Shown here: positions 25,101-40,100 of the stretch, one piece after another
Position numbering within the stretch: position 1 is the stretch's first letter
Layout: the number at the start of each line of letters is the position of its first letter
Assembly (NCBI RefSeq): GCF_036588685.1
Contig: NC_086375.1
Span: 23,684,001 to 23,748,000, forward strand
DNA from: Mytilus trossulus
Taxonomy: Eukaryota
Length of the DNA: 64,000 nucleotides
Reading direction: 5' to 3'
Translations under genes and position numbers: made by a program
Notes under the pieces: model-generated
Seen by the model: the letters and a program-made list of their open reading frames with translations, nothing else
Database searches by the model: none
Told to the model about the DNA's origin: nothing

Positions 25101-28100
25101 TTATCTATGCTTATTTATTGACAAATTTAGATCAATCTTCAAAAATATATAAACCAACTTTCAATGACGCAGATAAATTTCCAAGAAAATTCTGTTTCTA
25201 AACTTTAAGGTAGAAATATAAGTGTAATTACAAATTGTTTTTTACACTGTTCATTTTTTCAAACAATTCACCAAAGAACCACTACAAAAAAATCTTACAT
25301 GTTTTGTCTGAAAATGTACATAATTAAAATACTGCCCTTCCTCAAAGAAAATCCTTCACAGAATAAATTTATGGTAAAATCATTAAAAATATTTCAAAGC
25401 CATTAAAACATGTTCTTTTAGCTAGTTTAGTAAATGGTACATTAAGAAATTCTTGGAGTTCAAGTTGCTGTGAAGTCTGGAAAAATCCCAAAGTTTGACA
25501 AAAAAAATAAAAAACTTCAAGTAGGCAAACAGACAACAGCCTTTTTGTTGTTAATCGAATTACACCACCTGTTAATAAGTTTTATAAGAAGAAAGGACAG
25601 TCAAGACCAGAGTTCTGAAACTGGTGGTTTGAAGGTTTTGGCTACAAAAAAGTTTCATTTTTTTTCAAGGACCACAAGCGTAAAAAGATTTTGAGAACTC
25701 TGTTGAAGACTTTATTTTACTGAGCAATAGCTTCAGTGTGGGTCCTGGCTCTTACACACTGGGTTGTAGCTGTGTAAACCTTTTAGTGTGAAGTACAAAA
25801 AAATGTAGATACCTCTTTTTTTAACTACAATTTTATCTAGACACTTCAAAGACATATTCTTTGGGAATCCACTAGATTGTGGAAACAACTACCAAAGTTG
25901 GCAATTTTTTAAGGAAATGATGGTACAGAGAACAGAAAGACAGAACAATTGTTCCTATAATTTGTTTTTCTGTAAATTGAGATCTTGTAGATACCTACCT
26001 ATTTTTGAATGACCGTATGTAAAGACACACCCATCAGCACCACTAACCACGCCTTGTATGATTTCTGTCAGACTACTGGAACATAATTCACTCTACAAAA
26101 GGAACCATTAATAAATATAAGCAAACCTCAATACATTAGGTATAAGAGAAAAAGACTTCACACGATGAAAACTTCATGATTATTATCGTTTTTTATACAA
26201 GGTCCATAGATTCACATACCACTTTCCTCTCTCAAGTTTTTTCAATGTCATCTTTTGTGTACTGTACCTGTTTCACTTTTTTTTTTTAAATTTCAAGTAT
26301 TGGCTTTGCTCATTGTTTTTAAAAGTATTTGATGACCTATAGTTGTTAATTTCTGTGTCACTTGGTCTCTTGTGAAGAGTTGTCTCATTGGCAATAATAC
26401 CACATTTTCTTTTTTATATTTGTGAAAATCAATGAAATCCAACCTCCCTCCTAAATTTTTTTGTGGAGTGGTAAAGGGGGATAAGTCATTACTATAAACA
26501 TAGTTTTTACCTGTGAATCATCAGGAGAAAAGACAGCATCAAAGGCAAACATTTTAGGAGCTGATGTTTTTCTGTGTGCAGATGTTGGGATACCACTGGC
26601 TGTAGGATCAAATACTGTGATCTGTTTTCTGCGAGGATCTATAGATAGGAAGGAAGTTCCCTGGTCACTGTGATGGGTTGATGGACATATCTTTAACATG
26701 ACCTTCACCTGAAAATAATTAAATATACAATGTAACTATGGTATCAAATTATTTCAACTTTATATGAAGAAAAAACATTGATGTAGAAACCTATGATGTA
26801 TTTAAAAAAAAAGTAAAAAGAATCAAAGAAATATATTTCATTGTGGTTTATTAAATTTTCTTGGATGTCCCGAGGATGAGCCAAGCCACAAAATTGAAAA
26901 CATCATCTAGCTGGAAACAGGACTTTTCAAATATAAAAGAATGTACAAATAACATGGAGTCTCCAAATTCCTTTATGCCCTGCCCTGTTTTACTATGCCA
27001 GGTGCAAATCAATCAAGTACCAGTATAAAAAAATCAATTACTGAAACATGTGAAGAAAAGAAATTCTTAGAAGAAAAAAAGATAATTGATACATCATTCA
27101 AAAAAAAATTACATATTTATTGGCCTACTGTTCTCAAATCTTCTAAAAATAACAAATAACCCCAAAAAACTATTAATTTTCAACTTCATTAGTGTAAAAG
27201 TGCTTATCAACTTATTCATAAAACATGTTGCATGTGCAAGAATCCAGCAACACCATTAAATGAGCAGTTATGTTCTCATATCACAAGATGATTATTACAG
27301 TTGGTAAAATAGATAAAATATTGATAGATTAAATGTTCAACAGCAATACACATCTGTATAGTATGTAATTATAGAACAATTATATTTAGCGCCCTCTAGG
27401 GACTAATTGTTTTAATGACCAAATATGCTGTCTAGCAATACACATACAGGGCTAAAGACATTCAGTTCCGATATTCCCCGGAGTCTACTAAAATGGCTCC
27501 ATCTTCAGTTTGGTTTTTATAATATTTGACTTATCAACTTTATTTTTCCATTCCTATCTGATTTTTATTACCGTTTCGGGAATTTTATGCATATGGATAT
27601 TGCAAATTAATAAAGGAAAACGAATCAGGGAATAAGTTTTTTGTTTTAAAGACCAAGATAACATAAAAAGATGTACAATAAATGAACCTGATGCATCGAG
27701 TCTGGGAATTCCGAGGGAAAAAGTGCAATCCAACTGAGTGCTTTGTTTATGTTATTGTTTACACGTAGTTGATGTGTTTTATGGGCAATGCACGGCACCA
27801 GTTTTAACAGGGGATATATATTGCAGTTTTATTTTTCACAATTTTGCAATGTAAAGTATCTAATAATATTAAACTAGTGAAAATAATTTTCCATAATAGA
27901 TGAAAAAAGTTAAACTAAGAAAAAACAAACCAGAATCGTAACAGAAAATCAAAAAATGAGTATCCTATAAATTTTTCTGGTCTATAATTGAAGGAACCGG
28001 TAAAATCTTCCAATTTCTTTTACTATTACTAAAGAGAAATGACCATGAGCTAAATTTCTTTATAAAGGAAGATGAGATAGTATTTGATAAATTGCTTACA

Positions 28101-31100
28101 TTATTTGAATTGATTTGTGATAAATAGTCATATCTCTATTTCTTTTATTACAGGCAAGTAAGTTGGACATTATAACAAAGATATCCTGAGAATAAAGGAA
28201 AGATTTCATGAGAATAAAAGAAAGATGTCATGAGAAGAAAGAATCTTTGTTAGATGTAAAAATAATATTGATGATGATGAATGTCATTTATTTCTTTCTT
28301 GTCAAATACAAAAGCAAAGATAACTAAACTAATAATAAGCTTTGAAATTTTAACATCAAAGCTTATGCAGATGTGGTTAAAGTTTCATTGTTAGCAATAT
28401 CTGATATCAAAACAGTTTCATATGTAAGAACTGAGAAAAGGGAAACAGTTGCAATATAAATGTTTCAGATGACTCTTGCATATCAATCTTTTATATTTAT
28501 ATTCAGATTAAAATTGAGATATCCTGAAATGTTGACTGAACTGTTACCCTGCAAGCTCATCTGGCTAGGTACAACCATAGGATATTTACATGTTATTCTC
28601 CTGAGGCTCTTTCACAAGAAATATTTGAGTATTTGTATTGATCATTCTTTTTATAAAGATCCATTTTTGTGAAATTAAGTCACAGTAATACAAAGTTTCC
28701 AATAAAAAAAGGAAATTAGTTGCTTTCATAATTTAAATCTTTATCCAATCATTAAACAATGAAATCATTGGTCAGTATTGCATATAGGTCACATGTACTA
28801 CAAAATTTAAGTGTACACTAAGACCAAATGTACTACAAAGTTTGGTATCATAGGGACAAATCAACTACAAATTTTAGTAGACTTTAAACCAGTTATAATA
28901 TTCTTTGGAGATCTTTTATTATTCCTCATTTTCAAGACCTTCTAAATAAGCAAGCGCTACTAACATTTAGCAAGTTAAAGAATAGCCCCATGGGAGCAAA
29001 TTTAGTAAGCCTGTTTTGCTTTTTGATATCTTTATTGTGACATCTATAGCGCTTTATGATTGATTGATCTAGGAAGCTTAAAACAAACAAACCATAAAAA
29101 AAACACTTATAATCTCTTTTTGCACAATTTTATCTAACAAATATAGCTGCAATTAAGAGGCAACAAGAGGAATAAGCTTCTTTATGTATAAAACCATCGT
29201 AGTTGTAGCAATGAGTAAGTGCTTTTCTTTTTCATAATTCAATCTATTTGATGCTTAAACAATATTAAAATTGATTTTTATGTCTTAATTAACACTATTT
29301 GTTCAATATAATTGTTTTGTATCATATAGCATAAATGCACATAAAAATGATACAATCTGCATTATGCAATAACTAGTTTATAGGACAGAAAAATAAAAAT
29401 CTGTGAAAAATAAAATTTAATATGCTATGTCAACTATCAGATGCATTAATTGTTGCCGGAATAAATACTTTCTGGAGAAACCTAAATTTCTGTTTTTTCA
29501 AAAGCTAAATCAACTATGATCTGTGAAAAACCAAAGAGCTTCAAACAGACAGAGACAAATAACCAAAGCATAAAACAGATTAGTTTACCGACAGAAACAA
29601 CTTAAATTCAATTAATGGAAAAACTTTTGAAATCTCTCAATTAAGAGTCTATACCAAGATGCTTTAAGATTCAATCACATCAGATACACTTAAAACCCCT
29701 ATAAAGTGTCTATACTAAAATAATCTTAATATGTGTCTTAAGTAGATCTAAGATCAAATCGACAGATTGAATTTTTTCAAATGAACATTCGCCAGACACC
29801 CATGGTTCTTCTATTAGATCTATTTACTGGTCCTAATAATAACACTACGATAATTTCTTTACAGATAACAACTACTGAAAATGTTAAATCCATAAATATA
29901 AAAATATTTCTGCATGCGTAAGTACATATAAAGCCTACTTAATCCTGCTAGAAATATTAATCATAGATATCTTTATTACACCAGACTCCAAAGATCTGGC
30001 ATAAAAACCATGCTATCATACAGAGCTAGCTGCTAAATTAATTCCTCTTCAATATCACCCATTTGGCCAGATTTATGACAATTAAAGCTAACATCTTCCA
30101 ATACAAGTTATAAGATAGATGTTTTGGTTTATTGCCTCAATTTAATGAAAGGTTAGTGTAATGTTTGGTTTATTTCGGGAAATATTAATGAAATATAAGT
30201 ACAGGATAAACTGGAACGAAAATTAATTTTTATGACACGATCCTCTGATTGGTTCATGTTATGACTATTTCGAACAAAAGGGGAGATAATTTACCAGTTC
30301 CACATGACATATGATATTGTTGTTTCTCTTTAAAGTTCTGGCTTTAAAACTTGAATGAAATTTATATTTTATGACACAGTCCTCTGATTGGTTCATGTTA
30401 TGACTATTTCGGACAAAAGGGGAGATAATTAACCAGTTCCACAAGACATATGATATTGTTGTTTTTCTTTAAAGTCTGTCCTTAATTGCTAACACTGAGG
30501 AAACTTTTTGAAAGCTTTGATATTGGGGACTTAACCAGAATGAATTCCAAGATTACAAGTGCTGTTTTTATTGACTTTTTATTAGGGGCCACTACTGTGT
30601 TATAAAATCTGGATTTATTTTGTGCTTCATTCCCAACATAAATTTACAGAAAGGCTTAATTACTCCATAAACCAAGCATGTGGTAACCATTTTTCTACAA
30701 CTGGCCAATTAAATCTAATCATCATGTTTATTTAAAAATAAAGTTTTCATGTTTTAACTAATTTTCATCTTGCTGGTCATTTCAATGATTTTTTCTATCT
30801 TCTGCTATTAAAAGAACTGTTATATAGTGAAATCAGTTAGTACTTTTGACTGAAACAGCTTGACTTACAAGATTCTACCTTTAATTGCCATTCTTATTTC
30901 AACACCTGACAAATTTTAACTTCATCTTTCAACATATTCTCTTTAATACAAACTAACCCTTTCAATTAATAAGAGCTATCTTAAATGAAAAACTAAAATT
31001 TCAGAGGAATTTAGGAACAGCAATGAAGTTTACTAAATCTATTCTTTTTTTTTGTACAAGCAATGCTGAATGCACCCAAATTTTGTCTACCCTCTGCAAT

Positions 31101-34100
31101 GTTAAAGCGAATACATTCTTTTTAAAAGTATAAAATTTGACACAAAAAATTGCCTGTTTTGCTTATTCTTTTTATATATACAAATAACCTTTTAATATGC
31201 CGTTTTTACACTAAAAACAACTTTTCTATTTGATAAATGAACAATTATTTACTATGCATATACCATTAACGACAGACATTTGGCCATATTTCAATACCTT
31301 GGCATCTAGTATCATACATGTTCAAAGAAAGGTCTGTATCTACTAGGCCATTAGAAAAATGTAAATATTTATATGTGCATGTCTGACACGATAAAAATTC
31401 CCTTAAGGGGTCATAAAATAATAATGTTACCATTTAGTATTATTGAACTGAAAAATATATCTATGTAGCTATTGCTTTTGGCTATTTAACAAGTTTTCAT
31501 GGTAATTGATCTAGTTTGAAGAGTGGCTAGCCAGAGTTGTTGGACTCCAACAAACCTACCGTCAGAGAAGATAAAGAGTTTGTTATCTGGTCTATCTTAT
31601 CTACCAACATAATTATATTAGCATCAAGAATAAAAATGTAATAAATATAGGAAATCTTTACCATCTATTTTGAAAGGGTGGTCATTAAAGACCAACAAAT
31701 TGATTTATCAATCAAAATGGAGTCTGATGGCCTTTAAATCAGTGTAACTTTACATCTATAGTATAAGTTTATATTTTTCTGTCCAGGAAAATAAATCTTT
31801 GTGAATTTGGATGACTGTTTGAATTCTGGCACCAGACTTTTGTCTTTATGTCCAGGAAAATAAATCCTTGTAAATTTGGATGATTGTTTGAATTCTGGTA
31901 CCAGATTCACGTCTGATGGCCTTTAGATGAGTGCAACTTTACATCTATATAGTATAGTATAAGTTGATAATTTTCTGTCCAGGAAAATAAATCCTTGTAA
32001 ATTGGGTTGATTGTTTGAATTCTGGCACCAGACTTGAGTCTGATAAGTAAATAGATACTTATATCATTCCCTTCTGTGACATGATCATAATTGAGAAGTC
32101 TGTATGTAATATAGCACATTAAATTGTACAAAAATCAGTAGACCTGACCTGTTCTTAGTGACATATTAGTGCTGTCTTGGGAGAAACTGGGAACCAGTCT
32201 AATGAATGGTAATATCCCCCAGACATGTTAACTTATTTCATTTCAGATTTGAATTCATTGTATGCCATAATTCAATATGTGTGCATCTATAAAAAATCAC
32301 AAGTTTCCAGGGTCAACTGCAAGTCTCTTAACCTCTATTCGTACAATATATCAAGATATTTTTGAAAGAGGAAAAAGCAGGGGGAAAAGGAAAAGTTGGT
32401 CTCAGTTTTGATTTTCTATCAATTTTTATACGATAAGAAAATTCATTGCAACACAACTTCTTACTCAGACTTCTGTTATCTAGATCTTTTATATTCACTT
32501 TAATGCATTTTTATAGTCTGCAGTTCAATATGATCCCATTTGTGGAATATACTGTTACCTTGTGATCCTTAAGTGATGCTTTAGAAAAGATTGCAAATTA
32601 TTTTGACTTATGTGTACACCAACATATATGTTTTTGATACAGACATAAAAGACAGAAACCATGTTGTCTGTATACTAGGGCTTTGAAACCAGGGTTGATT
32701 AATTGATTATTGTATGCTAATGTCCAGTGGAAAATATTTCATGCATGTTCAGGGCAAAAAAAACCAGGGTTAAAGGATTTTCCTAGATATGGGACTGTCT
32801 GAATGTGGTAATAACTATAAGACAATCATTATCTGTATCTCTCTCACCTTGCCAACACCAGGATTCTGTACCCTGCCAACAGTTCGTAACAAACATGGCG
32901 GAATAGGAGGCGGGTTTGTTCTCACGACCTCGTAAAACTTTGTCGGAAATGAAGGTGTGTCTGGTTGTGTTGCTTGGTGACGCCGTTTCTTCTTTCCCAG
33001 CTTCTGTGCAGCTCTGTAATGAGTAAAGAATGAAAGCCATTAAGTGGAATAAAGTTAATGCCAGAGATTTGGTTCCTGTGTAATTCGAAAACTTCATTTA
33101 AATCATTACCGCACATCAAACTATCGCAGAAATTAATCACCAAAACAGTAGAATATGATGTAATTATTATACACTTAACAATTTGTTAATATGCACCATA
33201 TGGCTGCCAAATATTTACGCAGAACCATTAAAACACAGTACAAACTTACTATAAGTTAATATCGACAATAAAAATTACAAATTTCATTCCGTGAAGTCTT
33301 GGCAAATGTACCTCAAACTGTGTGTTTAATATGGAATTATGGGTTCTCAGGAAAAGTAGGAAACCAAGCTCTATAGGCATTTTAATGAGACATCAGAATT
33401 TAGTTCCACTAGCTCAAAATAAAACACTCATTCTGGTTCAAATCATAAAGCAATGAGAACTCTTGCAAAACTTTTTATAAAGTTTTTATAAAGTTTTATA
33501 TTCTCAATATGTTGTTTTGTGAAAAAGCAACTATGGCCTCAGTTTTGTTTATGTTTTACAGTAACTTCTGAAATGCAACAGGAAAAAAGTCTTTAAGATG
33601 CACATCCATCAAGTATAAGATCAGATTCCCCCCCCCCCCCCACCCCCCTTTATTCAGAATCAGCCTCTTCTATTGTGTATCTGTGTAACTAATCTTGTAA
33701 ACGCAACTCAAAATACCAAAATAATCCAAAATCAGATTTCGTAGAAGTCCTAAATAGACCCCCCAGCAAACAAATACTTGTTACAGCAACTCAAAATATT
33801 TACTCATGACCTACATATATTTTTAATAGAACATTCTTTATAACCCCCAGCAAACAATTATACTTGTGAAAGCAACTCTCACCAATTACATAAGAGATGT
33901 TTACACCAAGTTGTATCCCTCAGACAAATAATTTATCAGCCGAGCGACTTTATATGAAATATTGATGAGGAGCTTACTATCTAAATGGTCTTACCATTAA
34001 ATAATAATGAGATAGTTGGTTAGTGTGATGACTATAATGAAGTAACGTAGGGTCGCAGTAGTAAATTAAGGATTACAATAAAATCCTATTTGAAAAAGAT

Positions 34101-37100
34101 CAACAATTGCATCTTTAATGACAATAAATTAAAATATCTCACATTCCTGTGGATAGAAGCAATAAAGCTATTAACACACAAGAAAACAGAAGTTGGCAAA
34201 ATGGATTTTACGTAAAAAGTCTTTTTTTTAAATGTCCTTTTTTTTCGCTGGTCAGACTATCTAAAATAAAACACCTGCCTGCAAGTCCTAGTTTGATCAA
34301 TGTCAGTAAACTGTGTCTATTTTTGTACTGTTTTTAAATTGAATTTTTGATGTCTGGTCAAACTATTTCAAATATAACATCTGCATGCAAGGTCATGTTT
34401 GAGTAATGTCAGTAAACTGTGTATTCTTGGTACTGTTTTAAATTGAATTTTTGTTGTCTGGTCAGACAATTTTAAATAAATCATCTGCCTGCAAGGTCAT
34501 GTTTAAAAATGATCAATGATCCTGCAATGCCAGAAAGTTAATAGATCACAAAACATTCTTGTTTAAATTGTTTTACATTTATCATTTCACTCAGGGTCTC
34601 TTGTAGCTTGCTGTGTGGTACGGTTTAGCTTATTCATTGAAGCCTGTACAGGCATCTTATGATCTATAGTTGCTATTTGGTCTATGGTGGAGAGTTGTCT
34701 CATTGGCAAGAATACCACATGTTCTTATTTTTATTTATATACTCATCGACATAGATTTAACTCTTTATAATAATTCTAACCCCATTTACAATTTTGACTC
34801 TAAATAAACCTCCCCTGTTCATGAATTTATATTACCCCAATAAACTCTTGGAAACAAAGTGACTTAATGAAATTCTGGCACAGGAATTTTGTTTAATGCA
34901 AATGCCTAAAAATACAAAAATACTCTGACATTTTAAGCCTGAAGCTGCTGACTTTCTAAAAAAAATGTATAAAAATCTATCAATCATAATATCTCTGCTT
35001 GAGGTTATCTTCCGAGTATCAGAAAAAGAATGCTCTTTATTTATACAGAATCGGTGAATATACATATAACCTTGCACTGAACCTAAACATAACTTGCAAT
35101 AGACATAATATTATGTCTTTAAAAAACACAAGCTGTGATCAATACATAAAATCTTTTCTCATTATTCTACAATTTCCACATGTCAAACAAAATTTTCTTC
35201 AATATATCTCAGTTCAAATGAACTACTACTCAATTTCCTTGAAGTTAAGCAAAATGCATGTTAAGCAGTATATGTATTGATTGACAATATAAAAGCAATT
35301 TCACTGATTGATGAAAGGCACCCCTGATTACTAATCAGTCATAGGTCCCTCATCAAAACAATCAATAAAATTATCAATGGTACACTTAACTCTGGAAAGA
35401 AAACAATCCTCCCCAAAACCCCCTTAAATCAGTCATAGGTCCCTCATCAAAACAATCAATAAAGTTATCAATGGTACACTTAACTCTGGAAAGAAAACAA
35501 CCCTCCCCAAAACTCCCCTAAAACAATCAATAAAATATCAATGGTATATATTTAACTCTGGGAAGATAAAACAACCCTTCCCAACATCATTTTTTAAAGC
35601 AGTAACATAATCCTTTTAACCATTATTACACATTTGTAAGAGATCCTGACATTATACTCTGGGAAGCAAAACAAACCTCCTTTGAATCAGTGACACCTTA
35701 AAAATTATGATGACATTTCTAATCTGTAAGAGATCCAACATAAAAACAACCAGTTAAGTTGCGGTACACTTACTTAACTCTGGATAGAAAACAACCCGAC
35801 CTGAAACCCCGTCTTTAAGTTAGAAAGACACTGAAAACTGATTTTTATCTGTCAGAGACCCCACATTAAAGCAACCAGTAAAGTTGATATGCCGAGAACC
35901 TTGTGTCACATGAGCACGTAGTTCTGTAAAATCGTTCTTTTCGCCAAAAACCCTTGCCCTGATAACTAACAAGTCCAAGAAATTCTACCCTTCAAGGGGC
36001 CCATAGCATTATACATGTTTTGGTCCTATTCAATATATCCTGTTTTGCTAATGACAATCTGAATTTCCTACTTTTTAGCCAGGTCAATCAATCATGCAGT
36101 TCAGCTACTATTGTCATTCTGAATATACATGAAGTACTTGCCATTGGACATTAAGCAAACAGTTACTTATCAATAATCCCTTGAACCTTCTCTTAAAACA
36201 AGCCCCTTTACAACCCTAATGAGTTACAGTCATCATATATAACATATGTTTCACTATTATTATCACTGGAAGATAAATTTTCAATGTATTGTTAAAGAAT
36301 AAAATTTCAATGAAAGTTTATTCACATACAAGTATATAAACAAATTTTAAAATACCAAGTTCATAATGACCATGGTTAATGAGGTAGCCATTGAAAAACA
36401 ATTCTAACTACAATAATAATTGAAAACTTTACAATGTTGCCATTGAAAATCAACAACAATAATTGAAAACTTTACAATCAGACAAGTCTCATAGTCCTAC
36501 ATTAATTTGATCAAAATAAACATTGATCATTGAATATATAACAACATTTACAGCTGTTCTTTTGCAATATTTCATTTGAAAGTTCATTTACCTATATCTA
36601 CATGTACAGTTGAAATGTCAACTATTTAAGAGGGAAGTAGTCTCCTCAAGCCCCAACTTGTTCAATACCCCATCAATATATGTAAACCATTTTTTTAACT
36701 GAAAAATGGATTTCGTGTCATTTTTTCAAAAAACTTTCAGCAAGAATTCTTATTTTCAGGTTTCATTATGGATGTCAACAATGAAAGCTAAAATGCATTG
36801 CATAATCTTCGTATACAACTCATTTGCATGTGAGAAAAACACCCCCCCCCCTTTTTTTCTCTCAAGTGCATCACCTTTTTAATAGAAGTGCATCAAGAAC
36901 AGCAAATGTCACAACAGTATTAATGATAGTTTAAAATGACCTTTATCAGAATCTATACTCATAAAATAATCAATTTTCAAAACAGATAGTAAACTCTGCA
37001 AATTGCTTTTCTAAAAACTTCTATCAATTTAACCAAGGATCTTAAATATCAAAGGATTTTAATGAAGCCAAAAGTTCGTATTGATCATTAATTACAATAT

Positions 37101-40100
37101 TTCACCAAAATACCCAATAGATTATTTTTCACAATTTAAAAAACAAAATGTCACATATAAATCATATTTTAACTGTACAAATTTCAAAAATATAACAAAG
37201 TATTAATCAACGGAAAAATCATACCTGTAATTTCTTGGCAGAGTATGCATAGTTCTCTGAGACATACCGATAAATAAAATGTGTTTCACTTTCTCACAGC
37301 TTCTCGTTCCCCAGAGTATGCTATAGCATTATCAAGCTAATATACTGGCACAGTATGGCATCAACCAAACTTATGGCCATTTTTATAGATTTTCTCCATC
37401 ATTTGTAAAATCTATCATCATTGTATTTGGTTAAAATAAAGTAAACAGCATTTAAGTTGGAACACACAAACATCAATTGTAACTTTTATCATCAGTCAAA
37501 CTCAATAGACAAATATGTCCCGAGAACTTTTTTGTCTCCTTGAGCGACTCCGCAACAGGTGTTAACTAAAATTAATTTTCTCACATCAGTCTTAGAGGAC
37601 TTGGCAATTTAGCAAATAGTCAATTATCCATTTAAAGACTTCTTAGCTTAGCTTTTTTGTTTACTTTTTGTCTGTCTTTTGATTATATGGCTTTATGTTA
37701 AAAACACATATAACTTGCAAAATCAAATTTAAAATGTTTTTTGACACATTGAACAGCAAAAGCCTTTTAAGAAGTGATACTTGTTTATCTTTAACACTAT
37801 TCCTGGTCAATTTAACAACAAAAGGTGCAATGATAAAATAAAACAGCAGAAAGAAAGAAAGAAAGAATGAAAGAAAAAAACAATATTTGTAGGAAGATAA
37901 GGCAATATAAAATTGCAGAAACCATTAATTGCTTTAATAACTTTTTTACTTTTGAAAATATCAAATTTCATCTAATCATCTCAAAAATTACGGTCAAAGG
38001 TATTCAAGACATAGTTGAAGACTCAAATGTTCAAAAAATCAATAAAAAACATGATGTTCTGTAAGATGCACAGAGCGAACATGATGTTCTGTAGAGCAGA
38101 GAATGAACATGATGTTCTGTAGAGCAGAGTCAACAGGATGTTCTGTAGAGCAAAGAATGAACATGATGTTCTGTAGGACAGAGAGTGAACAGGATGTTCT
38201 GTAGAGCAGAGAGTGAACAGGATGTTCTGTAGAGCAGAGAGTGAACAGGATGTTCTGTAGAGCAGAGAGTGAACAGGATGTTCTGTAGAGCAGAGAGTGA
38301 ACATGATATTCTGTAGAGAAGAGTGAAGAGGATGAACATGATGTTCTGTAGAGCAGAGAGTGAACAGGATGAACATGTCCTGTAGAGCAGAGAGTGAACA
38401 TGATGTTCTGTAGAGAAGAGTGAAGAGGATGAACATGATGTTCTGTAGAGCAGAGAGTGAACAGGATGAACATGTCCTGTAGAGCAGAGAGTGAACATGA
38501 TGTTCTGTAAAGCAGAGAGTGAACATGATGTTCTGTAAAGTAGAGAGTGAACAGGATATTCTGTAGAGCATGGTATGTTCACCAAAGAGACAACTTTCCA
38601 ACACAGATTTAATTTCCTAGAAATTAGCAACTATAGGTCAGCATACAGCCTTCAACAACGAGTAAAACCAATACTGCATGTTTAAAATAGATCTTGTATA
38701 AACCAGAATGGTTTATGTGGAGTTCTGGTAAATCTATTATACAGTAACCTGAGACAATTTGTTTCCCCAAAGCAATATTGATTTTGATACATAACAAATG
38801 TTTAAATATCACTTGATAAAATTTCAAATTTCAAAATAAAACAAATTGATTAGTTAAAGAACTTGAAGCAAGTTTACATACAATATACAATGTGATGAAT
38901 TAGATGCTTCGATAATTTCAGATTCCATGTTGAAACTAATTAACATGTTCCAGACTCTTTACACTATGGGTAAAATATATTCAAAGCTTAATTTTATAGC
39001 TGAACATTTATATTAATATGCAAGCAGTTGCAGTTTAATGTGTATCAACATCTGTACCTGAGCAGCCTTGGGGTATAAGCACATCTACCTTTTCAGACTT
39101 GTTTGTTACGGAAAGGTTACCAAGGTTAAATCCGTGGATACGGCAATGTATGCCAAAGACAAAATCTAGACGCAGCTAATTAAATAGAAAGAGAAATATT
39201 AACTAGAATCAGCTACTTGTCATTATCAACATTTGTTTCTTATAAAACGGCAGCAAATTAATAAACGTAGAAATATCTTAATATAAAAAGGATTAGAACA
39301 CAGGGTTCCTAGGGTGAACTTGATTGCTCATAGTAACATCATGTGTGACAATTTAAGTTTGTTTTATGATAATGTGCTACATGCGTAGGGGGAATGAAAC
39401 GTAAGAAATTGTGTCAGTTGTCCCCACCCATAACTGTAATTCAATCCTTAACTATGGTGATTGAACTAAGCTTTTAACTGGTACAGTGGTTATAACTCCA
39501 TGGTATTACAAGATCGATGGTAACTCAAATATTCTTGCACTTAAAAGACACCCTTGTAGATTTCGAAAAAAGAGTAGGATAATGCAGCTAGAAGGTAGTA
39601 CTCGCACCCACAAAGTGGAAAGGGATTAATAAAAGTTTGAATAACTTAAATAAATATGTTAAACTAACTCAAATATATTTTTTCTACTTTTGAAACCATA
39701 ACTCTTATCATCTGCGGTTTAATTATTTTTGGCTATTGGATGAGTCAGAATTTTGTTTTGGGCCTTTAATGTATCCATGTCAACAGCCTTCAACAATGAG
39801 CAAAACCCATATCCCATATCTAGACCGATATGGTGAGTCAGAGGTTGATGACTGTATTGTCTGCAGTAGCAGGACACATCTTTCTGACCTCGAGCCAAAC
39901 ATTCTTTACTCATGTTCCCCAAATGCTTTATGAAGCAGCAGCAAACAGCAATTTTTTTAGTCTTTTTTCATAAGACCAGATATCAAATCTGTGTTCTCCG
40001 TCCCAAGAAACAATCACGATTTAAGAGACCACCGAGGTAGTTGAAGTAAGAGAAAAACACTGCAAATCTGCATATATCTATTCTCATATACCTGTACACT

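Noticed and set aside
32783-33143. ORFs 32783..33097 and 32922..33143 as translated in the track
   Set aside because: Wrong frames; the KIF26-homologous peptide is in the third frame, bounded by splice sites.
38048-38570. CRISPR-like appearance of this and the 46126 and 60577 arrays
   Set aside because: Units are head-to-tail with no unique spacers, the context is eukaryotic and intronic, and there are no cas genes.
38023-38630. Three overlapping long minus-strand ORFs (144-193 aa)
   Set aside because: By-product of a 28-bp minisatellite lacking stops on that strand; repetitive peptides in all frames.
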